This document shows, piece after piece, positions 39,201 through 52,254 of a stretch of 64,000 nt of DNA. Origin of the DNA: Leucoraja erinacea (lineage: Eukaryota); assembly GCF_028641065.1 (NCBI RefSeq), contig NC_073413.1, forward strand, positions 10,044,001-10,108,000, read 5' to 3'. The notes beneath the pieces are model-generated. The model was not told the origin of the DNA, did not search any database, and saw only the letters and a list, made by a program, of their open reading frames with translations. The translations under genes and the position numbers were made by a program. Position 1 is the first letter of the stretch. Every line of letters starts with the position of its first letter.

Positions 39201-42200
39201 ACTTTAATGTGGTTAAGGGTCCTTGCATTCGCCATTGCTAGAAATAATTGCAGTCCGCATAAATACATTGCTGTACAGCAAGGCAAAAGCTATGTGTTCA
39301 GTAGTGAGTGATTTGCTTCTCGTCTCCAGTCTTCCTGTCTACGTTGTACGTCCAATACTTGTAACTGGATAAGTCCAGTTCCAATAGTTATGCTCAATAT
39401 CTGTGCTGTTGCCTCCTAGGAAGTGTTTCACTCTTCTTTGATCATGCAAATCTAATTTGTGGTGCTACCCACCCAGACCATTGAATTTGAAAGAGATATT
39501 ATTGTCTAAGGCCAAACTGTGACAAAACTTACCTCAAAGCAAAGTTTAAAGATGGGTCTTTAAATTGGATTCAAGTAAGGATGGATTTAAACCATTAGGG
39601 ATTCATTGTCAAGACTGCTGTCAGATTTATTTGACAGATTTCATTGACATATCAATGATCGTGGCGACGTGCATGACAAGCACTTTGGGATATAATTTTG
39701 TCTGGCAGCTCTCCAAAATGCCAAAAGGAATATTGTGGTATGTATCCTAGATCAAAAAGGCTAATCTTGCAGTAACTATGTATTGTTCCGATACACCATT
39801 GCCGCATCAAACATTGTGCATTTGTGCACCCATAGCAAAAAAGATTTCAGTCAAGCTGGCTGGGAGAGTGGGAGTAAAATAGCAACCTAAGCTATTTCTT
39901 CCTGTTCTCAAATTGTTGTAGGTTGAAGGAGGATGGGCAAGTGTGTTAGTGCTTGGAATAGTTTATTAAACAGGTTGGGACTAATTGCTTTGATCTGCAA
40001 AACAAAATTGGAGAGATCTTGAGAAACATTCTGAGAATTAAGATAAAGGTAGACAAAATAAAAATCTGGTTGTCTCCATCTTTGGTCTTTCCTATTCTGA
40101 ATTGGGACTAGCTCACCAGGTCTGTCAATAATTAGCATGCCTTCATATTTACATTTTATATAAACTGCAACCTGTCATTCCATTCATAATTAATATAGTC
40201 TCTTTGCACTGGTTTAAAAAAATTCCTAGTTGAACTTTGATGTGGAGAATAGTCAGAATATTTAATATGCTACTGGCAACTGAAGCATTTGTGTGAATAA
40301 TTAAAATGGAAATCAAAGCGGTTTGTTGGATTAAATGTGTGCAAATACATTAACGTTATCCAAGAGTTCTTTTCTTGCCTTGGTATAATTTTCCCTACTC
40401 AAGACTTATTATTCTACCATGCCCTACTCTGCAGTCAAAAATGTTAAGGACACCTTTTTAAGATAGGTGTGTCCTCTATATGGCAGGTAATAACCTCTGG
40501 GCTTTGTTAGTCAAACTATCTTTCAAGTGATCTGTGAATTTACAGTGAGGGTTCAGTCATTGAAATTCAAATTATCTTGCCAGACTTCTAGACGTCAAAA
40601 TGACAAATGTTGCACTGTTTCTGACAAGGAGGCGGGCTGAGCCATCAGTTCTCAGTATGATCGGCTTTATTAATTTTAATGGCAGGTTGCTATTTAATTC
40701 TGAACAGTTGATCGTGTGTGAGGAGGGTACAAAATGCTTGTTCCTTAGCATTGTTCTCAATTAACACTAGCTGCTGGAAACCGACCAACCTTAAACTTTA
40801 ACTTGGGTGCTCTTGGCACAGTCAAGAGTATTTTTCTCAATATCAGCGGTCACAAGGACATATGAGAAATTATTGCCAGAGGGCTAGGGAAAAGGGAGTT
40901 CCTGAGATTCGTTAAGCCACTGTATTCCATCTCTGAAGAAGGGTTTCGGCCAGAAACGTTACTTATTTCCTTCGCTCCATTGATGCTGCTGCACCCGCTG
41001 AGTTTCTCCAGCATTTTTGTGTATTCCATCTCTAGTTTTGTACACATAAGCAGTTGCGAATTAACTAAAGTGGCAACGGTCATGTTTGAATGTAATTAAG
41101 AGATGATCAAAGCCCTAATTGTTTCACATTTTTCAGCTGTCAAGCCTCAGTCGACTAAAAAAAAACAAGGCGAGATAGTGGACAATTCGAACAGCAAATC
41201 GGTGAGCACCATGATTATATTTCTTGTTAATGTATCTTCATTTCCAAACTTACTGAAGCAATATATTTTCTAGATATTTTCTAACTGGTATCATAATGTA
41301 AAATTAATTTGTTGATGCTGTCCTGTGGTAATTCTTGCATTATTCCTTGCCAAATCTCATCGAATATGGCTGTGGCTCAATTTACAGATTATTTTTACTT
41401 GCACCTTCTGTTTTAGAAACTGAATTTAAAACTCCTCAATTGCCATAGTGAGGTTTTAACTAGTGTCTGGACTGCTAGTTCAGTAACTTAATCACAGGAG
41501 CACCACTGTTTTGGGGTGATGAATATTTGCAATATTTTAGTGTTTGATTTTACATTTCCAGGACCACAGTCAAGTTATTGGAATGTGGATTATTAATCTG
41601 TGATCTTTGGAATGTGTTGTATGACCCCAAAATTAAATAGCCCAGTTTTATCACCATGATTGTGGTGAACTGCTGCACACACATCCCTCATCGGAATTTT
41701 ATGCATTGAAGTATAGAATTTGCTTGACTTGAAAAATCCAGCATGGAAGCAGGCCCCTTGGTCCACTGAGTTCATGCTAGTCATTGATCATCTGTTCACA
41801 CTAGGTCAGTTTATCCTACTTTTGCATCCACCCCCAACGCACCTCGGGTAATTTAGAGGCCAGTTAACCTATAAACCCCATGTGGCTTTGTGGGAGGAAG
41901 CTGAAGCAAACTCATGTCGACATCAAACTCCACATACATAGCACCCGAGGCCAGGATGAAACCAGTACTTCTGGTGCTGTGAGGCAGTAGCTGTACCAAC
42001 TGTGCCACCCAGTGCAGTAGATCGGCAAAAGTTTGTTTACAATGTACAGGGAGAAATCGGATCAAATTGACCTGTGACTAAATTTAACGGTCTTTAACGA
42101 TTGCATTGTTAGCACGATGGAGGGTAGAATATTGTTTTGCCTCGAGCCTATAGAAATATATAGTTGAGCTAGCATTTTAATCTATTAAAGCAATTCTATG

Positions 42201-45200
42201 ACAATAAATTATCTTGAATCTATTTTGCATGCAGACTATCCCTGAACACGAGGCTCTGTTGCCAGAATTGGAGAGCTTGCCAACTGCGAGTGGCAGTGTG
42301 AGCCAACAACCGCTGGGTGCTCCTATGGACCTTGGAGATATGGAGAAGAAAGTCTCCTTTGCCCCTGACAACTACGTCTTTGCCCCTATGGAGGGGCTTG
42401 ACCAATTCAAATTTACTGCCCTCAGCCCACGAAGTGTGTCGAGCTTCTTTACCTCTCATACCTGGAGTCCTGCCAAACCCCAGTTGTAAGTATTTTGTAG
42501 AAGTACTTGTCTCTAACGAGTGTATATTAACATTTTTTTCACTTTGCTGTCTGGTGCAATCATAAGCTTCCTGCCAGAATTTTTCATTGTAATGAAGTAT
42601 AGTTGGCAAACCAAGTCATTGCAGTCTATCCAAGACGTGATTTTTTTTTTTTTTTTTTTTTTTTGTCAGTTCATCTTTAAACCTGTCCTGGCCTATTCTT
42701 GCACATTCTCATTTATTCCTATTAGACAATGTTGTTTGTCAGTTTTAAGCGGATGTCTGGCTGTTATATTTGCCTGTCCAAGTTTTGCTTTAGTCAGGGT
42801 AATTGAACCACCAAATGAGCCATACTCTAGGCTACACTGAGGTGGTTGTGCTGTTCTTCCTGTACTTTGGAGCTGAGGATGTTTGACGTTGAGAATCTGG
42901 TCCTGCTTTGAATGTTTCCTAAATCTTCCATAAACTAACTTCATAGTGAACTGGCAGCTGAATGGGGATTCTTTAGATGAAGTGTAGGGGATTGCTAGTA
43001 GTTATGCTACTAGGGAAAGGGGAGCAAAACCCCCAAATATTCAGGCATTTGTGGATGGCTGTGTTTGAGCAGTCATGCGGGAAGGGGAAACTTGAAGAAA
43101 GAAACATCGTTTGATTTTCCAGTTGTGGATCTATCTTTTCATTACAAAAAGAGCATCTGTGAGCAGAGGATAGTTGTGGAATACCTGCAAGGAAAATGTA
43201 GTATTGTTTGTATTGGCCTGGGTTGCAAATGGTAAAGTCGGACATTGAAAGTTTCAGAATAAAACTTGCACGTTCGCTAGAGTTGTCATGTGCTGGGAAT
43301 GGTCTCTTCCTGACCTGTCCTGTTATTGCAAAATGTTATTCCGGAGCTCCATCTTTTTCCTACCGTAACCCTTGTACTATCTCATCCCACGAGAGAAGGT
43401 CAAAGATGTTTTTGCTGATCTGCACTAGGCTTCGCGCTTTGCCGGCTTTCCATGTTTTGTTTTGTTCTTGATTAGACTTTGATACGTGTTCTCGATCCCG
43501 CCACAACAAATATACACAAATATTCTCTCTGTTCAGGCGAAGCAACGCTGAATCTCCCGCAACAGTGCGTTATGTAACAAGATCGCAAAAGAATATTTTG
43601 AAACAAGAGGTTGAGTCGAATCTGCCTGAGGCACAAACTGAAGATCCTGCTAGGCCTGGTATGCATCGCTACTGATGGGCATAAGTAATTGACTCCATCA
43701 CACTATAATTATTGGGTAACTGTACTGCCTAGTAAGATGCTCAATTTAAAATGAGGCGCCAAAAAAACATAAATGGTCTATTTGCAGTAACTGGCGGCAC
43801 AGCAGTAGAGTTGCCGCCTTACAGCACTGGAATCCCGGGTTCGATCCCGAATATGGGTGCTGTCTGTACGAAATTTGCACGCTCTCCCCGTGACCGCGAG
43901 ATCTTCGGTTTTCTCCCACATTCCAAAGACGTACAGGTTTGTAGGTTAATTGGCTTGGTATAAATGTACATTGCCCCTGGCGTGTGTAGGATGGTGTTGA
44001 TGTTCTGGTTGGTGCGGACTCGGTGGGCCAAAGGGCCTGTTTTCACATTGCATCTCTAAACTATACTGCTTTGTGCAACATAACCAGTTAAAGCAAGGGT
44101 TCCCAACCTTTTTCTTCCCATTTACCCCTGGCAACTTTAATGGCACATACCAATGTTATTTCACTTATTTATGAACAACTAATGATGAACAGATACCAGA
44201 ACCAAACACCGACAATCAATGAGAAAAAATATGTACATATCCAGAATCAACAAATGTATCCCCTGGGTGGGAACCCTTGGGTTAAAGATATCCCAGACTG
44301 TAGTATTAATTATTGAAATACAATGGTGCAGTTTATTGTTTGGGAGTATTGTTATCTATTTGATTGTGCGTTTTAAAGCTTGACACCCCTCCCCTCCTGA
44401 TTTTGCAGCTTTTGAAGTGCCTGTGGAAAACGCACCACAAGAATCTTTTGGGTGTTCTCAACCTGACGGCAGTGGACCGGTACATGATGTGGCTTATTTC
44501 AGGTCAGCATGTAGCAATAATATTGAAAGGAGATTGTTTTCTGCATCAGATACAATTTAATAAAAATGTTACCATCATAATCCAAGCTTCTTACAGGGAT
44601 ATTCAGCAGTTGACGGGATCTTAAATGTGTTGCAGACCTAATTTAGTCATAGTTAAGATCTTTTATTTTGCTGCAGTCCTGTAGGCCATTTGGAAAGTGC
44701 TGGTGAGAAATTGTGTGCATGATCAGGCTTCTTTCCAATTTGACTACCCGTAGCAGCCATGGTGGAGTTGCAAGTAGTTTTGAGAATTTGTATTTTCGAC
44801 TATAGCTTTGTCTATTTTGTAATAACAGTGCATTAAAACAGATTTGCCCTACTTTATGCAGAGGTACATAAATTATTGCAAATGCAACTTAGTAACTAAA
44901 TATTAAGTATGATGGAAGCACCGTTTTGCTGTGTGGAATTTAGGTTGGAATCAAGCAACCACTGCAGTAGAAAGGTGTCTTTTTTTTAAAATAAGGGATA
45001 GCTGATGGAAGTTTTTGTTCCTGGTGGCTTTATTAATCCAGATCACAGCTGAAACATTAACTGAAATGTCATTAGTTTATCAGTTTAGTTTATTGTCACA
45101 TGTACCCAGGTACAGTGAAAAGCTTTTATTGCATGCTATCCAGTCACAGAAAGACAATGCGTGATTACAATTGAGCCATTTACAGTAGATCGAACCGTTG

Positions 45201-48200
45201 CAAAGTGAACTCAATTGTAATTCTTCCCCGCAGAGGAGTCATCACATTGGAGACTGAGAAATTGACTCTGCTTTGTCAGCAGTGGGATGGATGGGAAAAC
45301 TCTGACGTGGTTCCAGATAGTGGTAAGATAAGCGATACGAGCAGAATTTTGCCATTTGGCCCCAACAAGTCTACTCCACAATTGAATCATGACTGATCTA
45401 TCTCCTCCTCCTAACCCCATTCTCCTGTCGTCTCCCCTTAACCCCTAACAACCATACTAATCAAGAATCTATCTATCTCTGCCTTAAAAATACCCATTGG
45501 CTTGGCCTCCACAGCCTTCTGTGACAAAGAATTCCACTAATTCACCACCCTCTGACTAAAGACATTTCTCCTCATCTCTTTCCTAAAAGGGTGTCCTTTC
45601 ATTCTGAGGCTATTATCTCTAGTCTAAGACTCTCCCACTAGTGGAAACATCCTCTCCATCGTATATGATAACCCACTCATTCCTGGGGATCATTCTTGTA
45701 GACCTCCTCTGGACCCTCTCCAGAGCCAGCACATCCTTCCTCAGATACGGTGCCCAAAATTGCTCACAATACTCCAAATGCGGCCTAACTAGCGCCTCAG
45801 CATTACATCCCTTCGATGATGAACATTATTAATTAATACAAATGTGGAAAGAATTTCCCCTGTCTTGAATCTTTTTGCAAAATTCATTTGTAGCAAGGTG
45901 GCTATAAATTTTCCCAGATGAAAACGGCACAGCAGTATACAGATCTGAAGTTGGTCATGATGTTTGCATTTTTAAACTTGCATTTGCTGAACATGCATTT
46001 CCCATTAGGTCATTTTTACAATGTTAGAATTGTGCAGACACAATGCATTGTTACCAAATATGCAGATGTTCAAAAGGATCTCTTGTGTGGAGTGATGCAG
46101 CTGATCCTGTGAAATTCGCTTTTATTTTCATGCAATTACACTTTTATGTAGATATAGATTTTTTTTTCCTGGGCTAGGCTACCATTTGAACTAATATCGC
46201 TTCTAAATTTCAAGTGCAGTGCAGTTGTTTTTTCTGGAATCTAATGGCACTTCATCAAGCTCAACTTCAATGAGATTCTTGAGTAGAACCCATCTTCTGC
46301 TTGCTTGCTTAGAGTTTGAGTATCGGGGACCCTGAAATCTGAACTTGCATGTTTTGGAAAGTTTTGTGGAATTGGTGAATTTTCTCTGAAGCATGAACAT
46401 TTTGCTTGGGCAGCATGCGACCCAGTGGTATGAATATTGATTTCTCTAATTTCAAGTAACCCTTGCATTCCCTCTCTCTCCGTCCCTCCCCTCATCCTGC
46501 TGATTTCACTGTTCGTATCCTCATGTTAACACCTTTCCCACAGGTTCTCATGGTTGAATGTCTAACATTCATGGCTTGTATGTTTGCTTGATAGTGTAAT
46601 GGCTGTAATTTATCTGTTTTTGTCACTGCCCTCAATCAGCAGTAATTTTTCAAAATCTTGTCCTTCCTAGCCTAGCAAAAATTGGATAACTTGAGTTTAA
46701 AATCACATAACATTGTTTTGCCCAGTTAAGGACCTGCTTCGTACAACTGTGGGACAGGCACGTCTCCTTATGGCTGAACGATTCAAACAATTCAGAGGTC
46801 TTGTCGACAACTGCGAGTTCAAGACTGGTGAAAAGGAAGTCACCTCTGCAGATCTGGAAGGGTTTTGGGACATGGTCTACTTCCAGGTATCTGAAGGCTT
46901 TGTTTTTAAACACCCAGGCAGAACATTGTGATTAAAATTTAGTCATTATGATTAAATTGGGACTGATTTTCCTTTTGCATCCTGATTGAGACTTTCAGGT
47001 GAATACTCTTTCTTGCTTTTAATGGGACGGGCGTCATCCACTGATTCTGCATTCCTCATCTGAAGTTGTTGACAACTTAACTTCGTATTGGAACGCATTT
47101 CTATAAACATCTATCAGTTTAAAGATTCCACAAATGATGAATGGCAAGGAGATTAACTCCTTGGTAGAAGGGGCTGGGGTGGGTGAGGGATATTGGGCAG
47201 GCAACATCATGACTTTGACATTAATTCATCCATTAGCATTTGCAACAGAAATCATTGAGCAGGCATATGACTTGGGCCACCTGACCAAGGGCCTGAGCCT
47301 GCCAGCAGGCAACTGCTACCCCTACACAATCCGGGCAATTGATCAGAGTTCTTCAAATAAAACGTCAACAGCAAGAAACTCCCATGCTGAATAATTGCTC
47401 GATATGTGCAGAGAAAGGATTAAGGTGCAAACAGCGCAAGAACGCCCTTAGTTTGCTGTTAGGTTCCAGTAAGCCGGTGTTACAAGAAATGTTCTACTTG
47501 GATTTATTGTAGAGTAAACTACCATGTAACTCATATTGTCACAAGTTGCATGCAGACACTTAAGTTAATTTTCTGAATTGAATACCCTGGAGTTGTACAG
47601 GGTATTGGTGAGACCACACCTGGAGTATTGTGTACAGTTTTTTGGTCTCCAAATCTGAGGAAAGATATTCTTGCCATAGAGGGAGTACAAAGAAGGTTCA
47701 CCAGACTGATTCCTGGGATGTCAGGACTTTCATATGAAGAAAGACTGGATAGACTCGGCTTGTACTCGCTAGAATTTAGATGATTGAGGGGGGATCTTAT
47801 AGAAACTTACAAAATTCTTAAGGGGTTAGACAGGCTAGATGCAGGAAGATTGTTCCCGATGTTGAGGAAGTCCAGGACAAGGGGTCACAGTTTAAGGATA
47901 AATGGGAACGATTTGAGAAAAACATTTTTCACACAGAGAGTGGTGAATCTCTGGAACTCTTTGCCACAGAAGGTAGTTGAGGCCAGTTAATTGGCTATAT
48001 TTAAGAGGGGGAGTTAGATGTGGCTAAAGGGATCAGGGCATATGGAGAGAAGGCAGGTACAGGATACCGAGTTGGATCAGCCATGATCATATTGAATGAT
48101 GGTGTAGGCTCGAAGGGCCGAATGGCCTATTCATGCACCTTTTTTCTATGTAATCTCCTGATATACAATAATTTAATAAAAAGGACTGGCCATTATTTCT

Positions 48201-51200
48201 CGTTTAAACTGACAAATGCAGTTAGAAAAACTAATCGAGGTGGAAAAAAAGTCAAAGTATATAAATGAAGATTTGTTGCAAAAAAAACTGGTGTCCTTGC
48301 AGTACCTAATGCCCACCTACGTTACTGCTCCACAATGTTGTTGCTATCTTGCTTTTAGATCACTGTTTGTTATTTCTCCCTAGGTTGAAGATGTCAACAA
48401 TAAGTTTCAGAGATTGAAAAAGATTCAAGAAAATAACTGGGAGGAGCCCTCATTGCCCAAAAGAGTGGTCAAGGTAAAGGATGTGAAATTTACAATCTAG
48501 CGCAGTTAACCACTTGGTAGTAAAATGTGGAATATTTGTACTTTCTAGTGCACAGTGATGCTGGTAGAGCTGCTGCCTCAGACCTGGGTTAGATCCTGAC
48601 CACTGGTGCTGTCTGTGTGGAGGTTGCAGTTGTGTTAATCTTGATAATTTGCAGTTGTGTTAATCCTGATTTTTTTTTAAAGTGGTAACTTTATTGGGTA
48701 ACAACAGTTTCAAAACAGTGAGATTTTCTGAAAACGGAGTTTCAACTGCCAACAATAACTGTTGCTCTATGGATTTGGTGATTTAAAAAAAAAAAAATGC
48801 TAACAATTGTTTTTCACTTAGAAAAAGGCTGTCAGGTCAAAACCGGAGGAAGTAATGAAACCAAGTGCAGCAGCAACGAGCCGCTTTGCAGCTGTGAAGG
48901 CAGCTCTGAAGGCCAAAATGAAGCAGGAAATAGCTGACTCCAGCAACAAAGAAGCTCAAAGTGATGCCATTGTGTTTGACGCAGGTTTCTTCAGAGTGGA
49001 GAGTCCTGCAAAATACTTCACCGGTAAGATTCATTCCACACAATTCATCGCAGCTGACTACAAATGTTTGTACGTTGGGCATGGCTTTGTGTAAGAACAC
49101 GGGAAGATGCAGAGAGGAATTTAGTTTAGTTTAGACTGCATGGAAACAGCTCTTCGATCCACCAAGTCCACATGATCACCGCACACAAACTATCTTCATA
49201 GCACTGGGGGCAATTTTGCCAAAGCCAATTAACCTGCAAACCTGTACGTCTTTGGAGGGTGGGAGGAATCCGGAGCACCCAGAGAAACCCACACGGTCAC
49301 AGGGAGAACGTACAAACACTGTACAAGCGGTATCCATTGCGGGATTGAACGGTCCATGGAGAGAAGGTGTTTTTAAACTGAAACTAAAAACCTTTTTTTA
49401 GTGCTTATCTGAAACATACTGCAAGAGGTGGTTGTGGAAACTGATACATCTGAATCATTTAAATGGGCAAATGTAAAATGATACATTGACCTCCTATTAA
49501 CTTTGGATATCTGTGCAACAAACAGAACAGGATTGCAGAGACTGGTGTACTTTCTCCATTCTCTTGTCTACCCTCCTCACTCAAATGATGTGACTGGGAA
49601 CTGCCAGCATAAACCGATGTTTAAAGATGTTGACTGCCAAAAGGTAACTTTAGGCACTCCAAATGCTGTGAGAATAGGAAATTCCGTGCTGGTCAAATTA
49701 ACGCTGACATGTTGAAGATAGGATCTTGCAATTATGTAGATTGTTTGCAAATTAGAAATTAAATGCTATGCTTTTAGTGGTGCAAGTTTTAGAGTATGAA
49801 TTTACTTGATCTTTGAGGTGACAATTAACTTTGAAATTCGAATGTTTAACCAGTGACTCCTAAAGCATGTCCACCAAGGCAAAGATCCAAAGGCCAATGC
49901 AGTGCCACCAGGTTGATTGTCCGTTCAGCGATTCCTGCATCTCCTGTGCCGTATGTCACAAAGAGTTCAAGCCCGCAGACTTGTGCAAGCTTTAATAACG
50001 TGACAAAGACAGAATCGCGTGTCATGACAAACCTCATTAGTTCCATGGATGGAGAGGGGTGAGTTTGCTGCTTGCTATTTTTTTTTAAATTATAAATGCT
50101 AAACATGTTGATGCGGGTTAACTTCTGTCCTATTCTAGAGTAATGCTAATTGGATATTCTTCCAAGCCATAATATCACATGCATGCCTTAATCTTGTCTG
50201 CTGTGCAGCATGGTAGAATAGTTGTCAGATTTCATGATTTTGTAGCTTGATCTTTTTACATTATTTTAGGGAACATTTGACGTCAATTAGAGAGCCGAGA
50301 GTTTATTGTCATGTGTCCCTGATGGGACAATGAAATTCTTGCTTTGCTTCAGCACAACAGAACATAGTAGACATAACGGTTGTCCATTGAAAGCCGATTG
50401 TGATAGGCGGTAGTCTCTTGCTAATACCAATTCTCTTCAGTTTGGTAAGCCCGGAGAAAGCAAAAGCAACAAACTGGAATTCAATGGAGGCAACAAAGGG
50501 TGTGTTTGAGTTGTGTGCAACTCTGAATAGCAATAGGTCCCAAGATGAATTTTGTTTTTCTGAAGGTGATACATTTTCAAATGTAAAATCGTGGTTACTC
50601 TGTGCTGAGTTTGTATTAAGATCCTGGTCTGGAAAAAGGAGGCACTCGCCAGATTTGGGTAGTCAGAATCAAGTTAACATCATGTTGATGATTATACTCC
50701 AGTCCATCGACAGGCCAGATGGCAACACGACAGATCTGGCATTCCATCTGAAAATCCTAAGATTTTACAGATATGTTGAGAGTAAAAGTATAGCAAGGTG
50801 GTCCTGGTGATTCCAGGTCCCTGGTCAGACCAGGGTATGGCCATGCTTTCTCTCTTCCCCCCTCCCCCCACAGGGTGGCAGATTCTAAAACTAGAGAACA
50901 TAGGCTTGAGGTGAGAGATTTAAGAGGGATCTCGGGGGCAACCTTTTCCACGAAGGGTAGTCCATATCTGCAATTTCAGAGGAAGTTGTGGAAGCAGATT
51001 CAACCACGACTTTCAAAAAACATTTGAACAGGAAAAAAAAAGATAGGAATGCTTTAGAGTATAGTCAAATTGGACTAACCAGGGATGACAACTTGGTTAG
51101 CATGTACGTTGGACTAAATGGCCTGTTTCCATGATGTATACACTATGTAGATTTTCTTGTAGCTGTTGGTCCGAGTGTCCATCAAAGTTGGACTGAAAAA

Positions 51201-52218
51201 GACAGAGCCATGGCCACTTTTTATAGGGAACACAGCAGCGAATGAAGTGTTGCATCCCTGTACACTTGGGGGAAATGAATGGGCAACTTGGACTTGTCCC
51301 AAGTTAAAAAAATCTGGATAACATGCAAGTTTAGCCATTAACAAAAATACGTTGACTCAGTTACGCAGTCATGAATTCCACAATCAACCCAATGCTTAAA
51401 GTTGTAATCGTTCCCTGTGGTTTCTATTTTTAAAAATGCATGTTTTGTGGCAAACAAAACTCTATGAAATGGTTGTGCTTCCAACTTTGGTTAATTATGG
51501 TTTCTTTTTTCAAGACAGTACTTTTGCAAACATTGCTAATGTGTACTTTAGAAAACATTGAAAATTAGTTTGCGGGAAAACTTCCATTTGCTTGACTTAC
51601 ACTTTAGTGGTTGTGTGCATGAACCTTAGTTTTCTAACTAAGATCTCTTCTATTTAGCACTGCACAGCAAAGTACTTGTTCTGGAAAGAGCACAAAACAG
51701 GTAAGAAAACATTTCATGCATAACGATATACTTGGTGTTACTTTAATAATCCAGTGCCATTGATTATTGGGAGTCGTACTTTTAAATGGGTGAGCATCAC
51801 TAGTGCTTTAGTGTACTTGATATACTTGGACAGTCAATCTCGAAATATAACCATATAACAATTACAGCACGGAAACAGGCCATCTCGGCCCTTCTAGTCC
51901 ATGCCGAACACATACTCTCACCTAGCCCCATCTACCTGCTCTCAGACCATAACCATCCATTCCCTTCCCGTCCATTTACCTATCCAATTTATTTTTAAAT
52001 GATAAAATCGAACCTATCTCCACCACTTCCACTGGAAGCTCATTCCACACAGCTACCACTCTTTTGAGTAAAGAAGTTCCCCCTTGTGTTACCCCTTAAC
52101 TTTTGTCCCTTAATTCTCAAATCATGTCCTCTTGTTTGAATCTTTCCTACTCTCAATGGAAAAAGCTTATCCATGTCAACTCTGTCTATCCCTCTCATCA
52201 TTTTAAAGACCTCTATCA

Positions 52219-52254
<36 letters not shown>

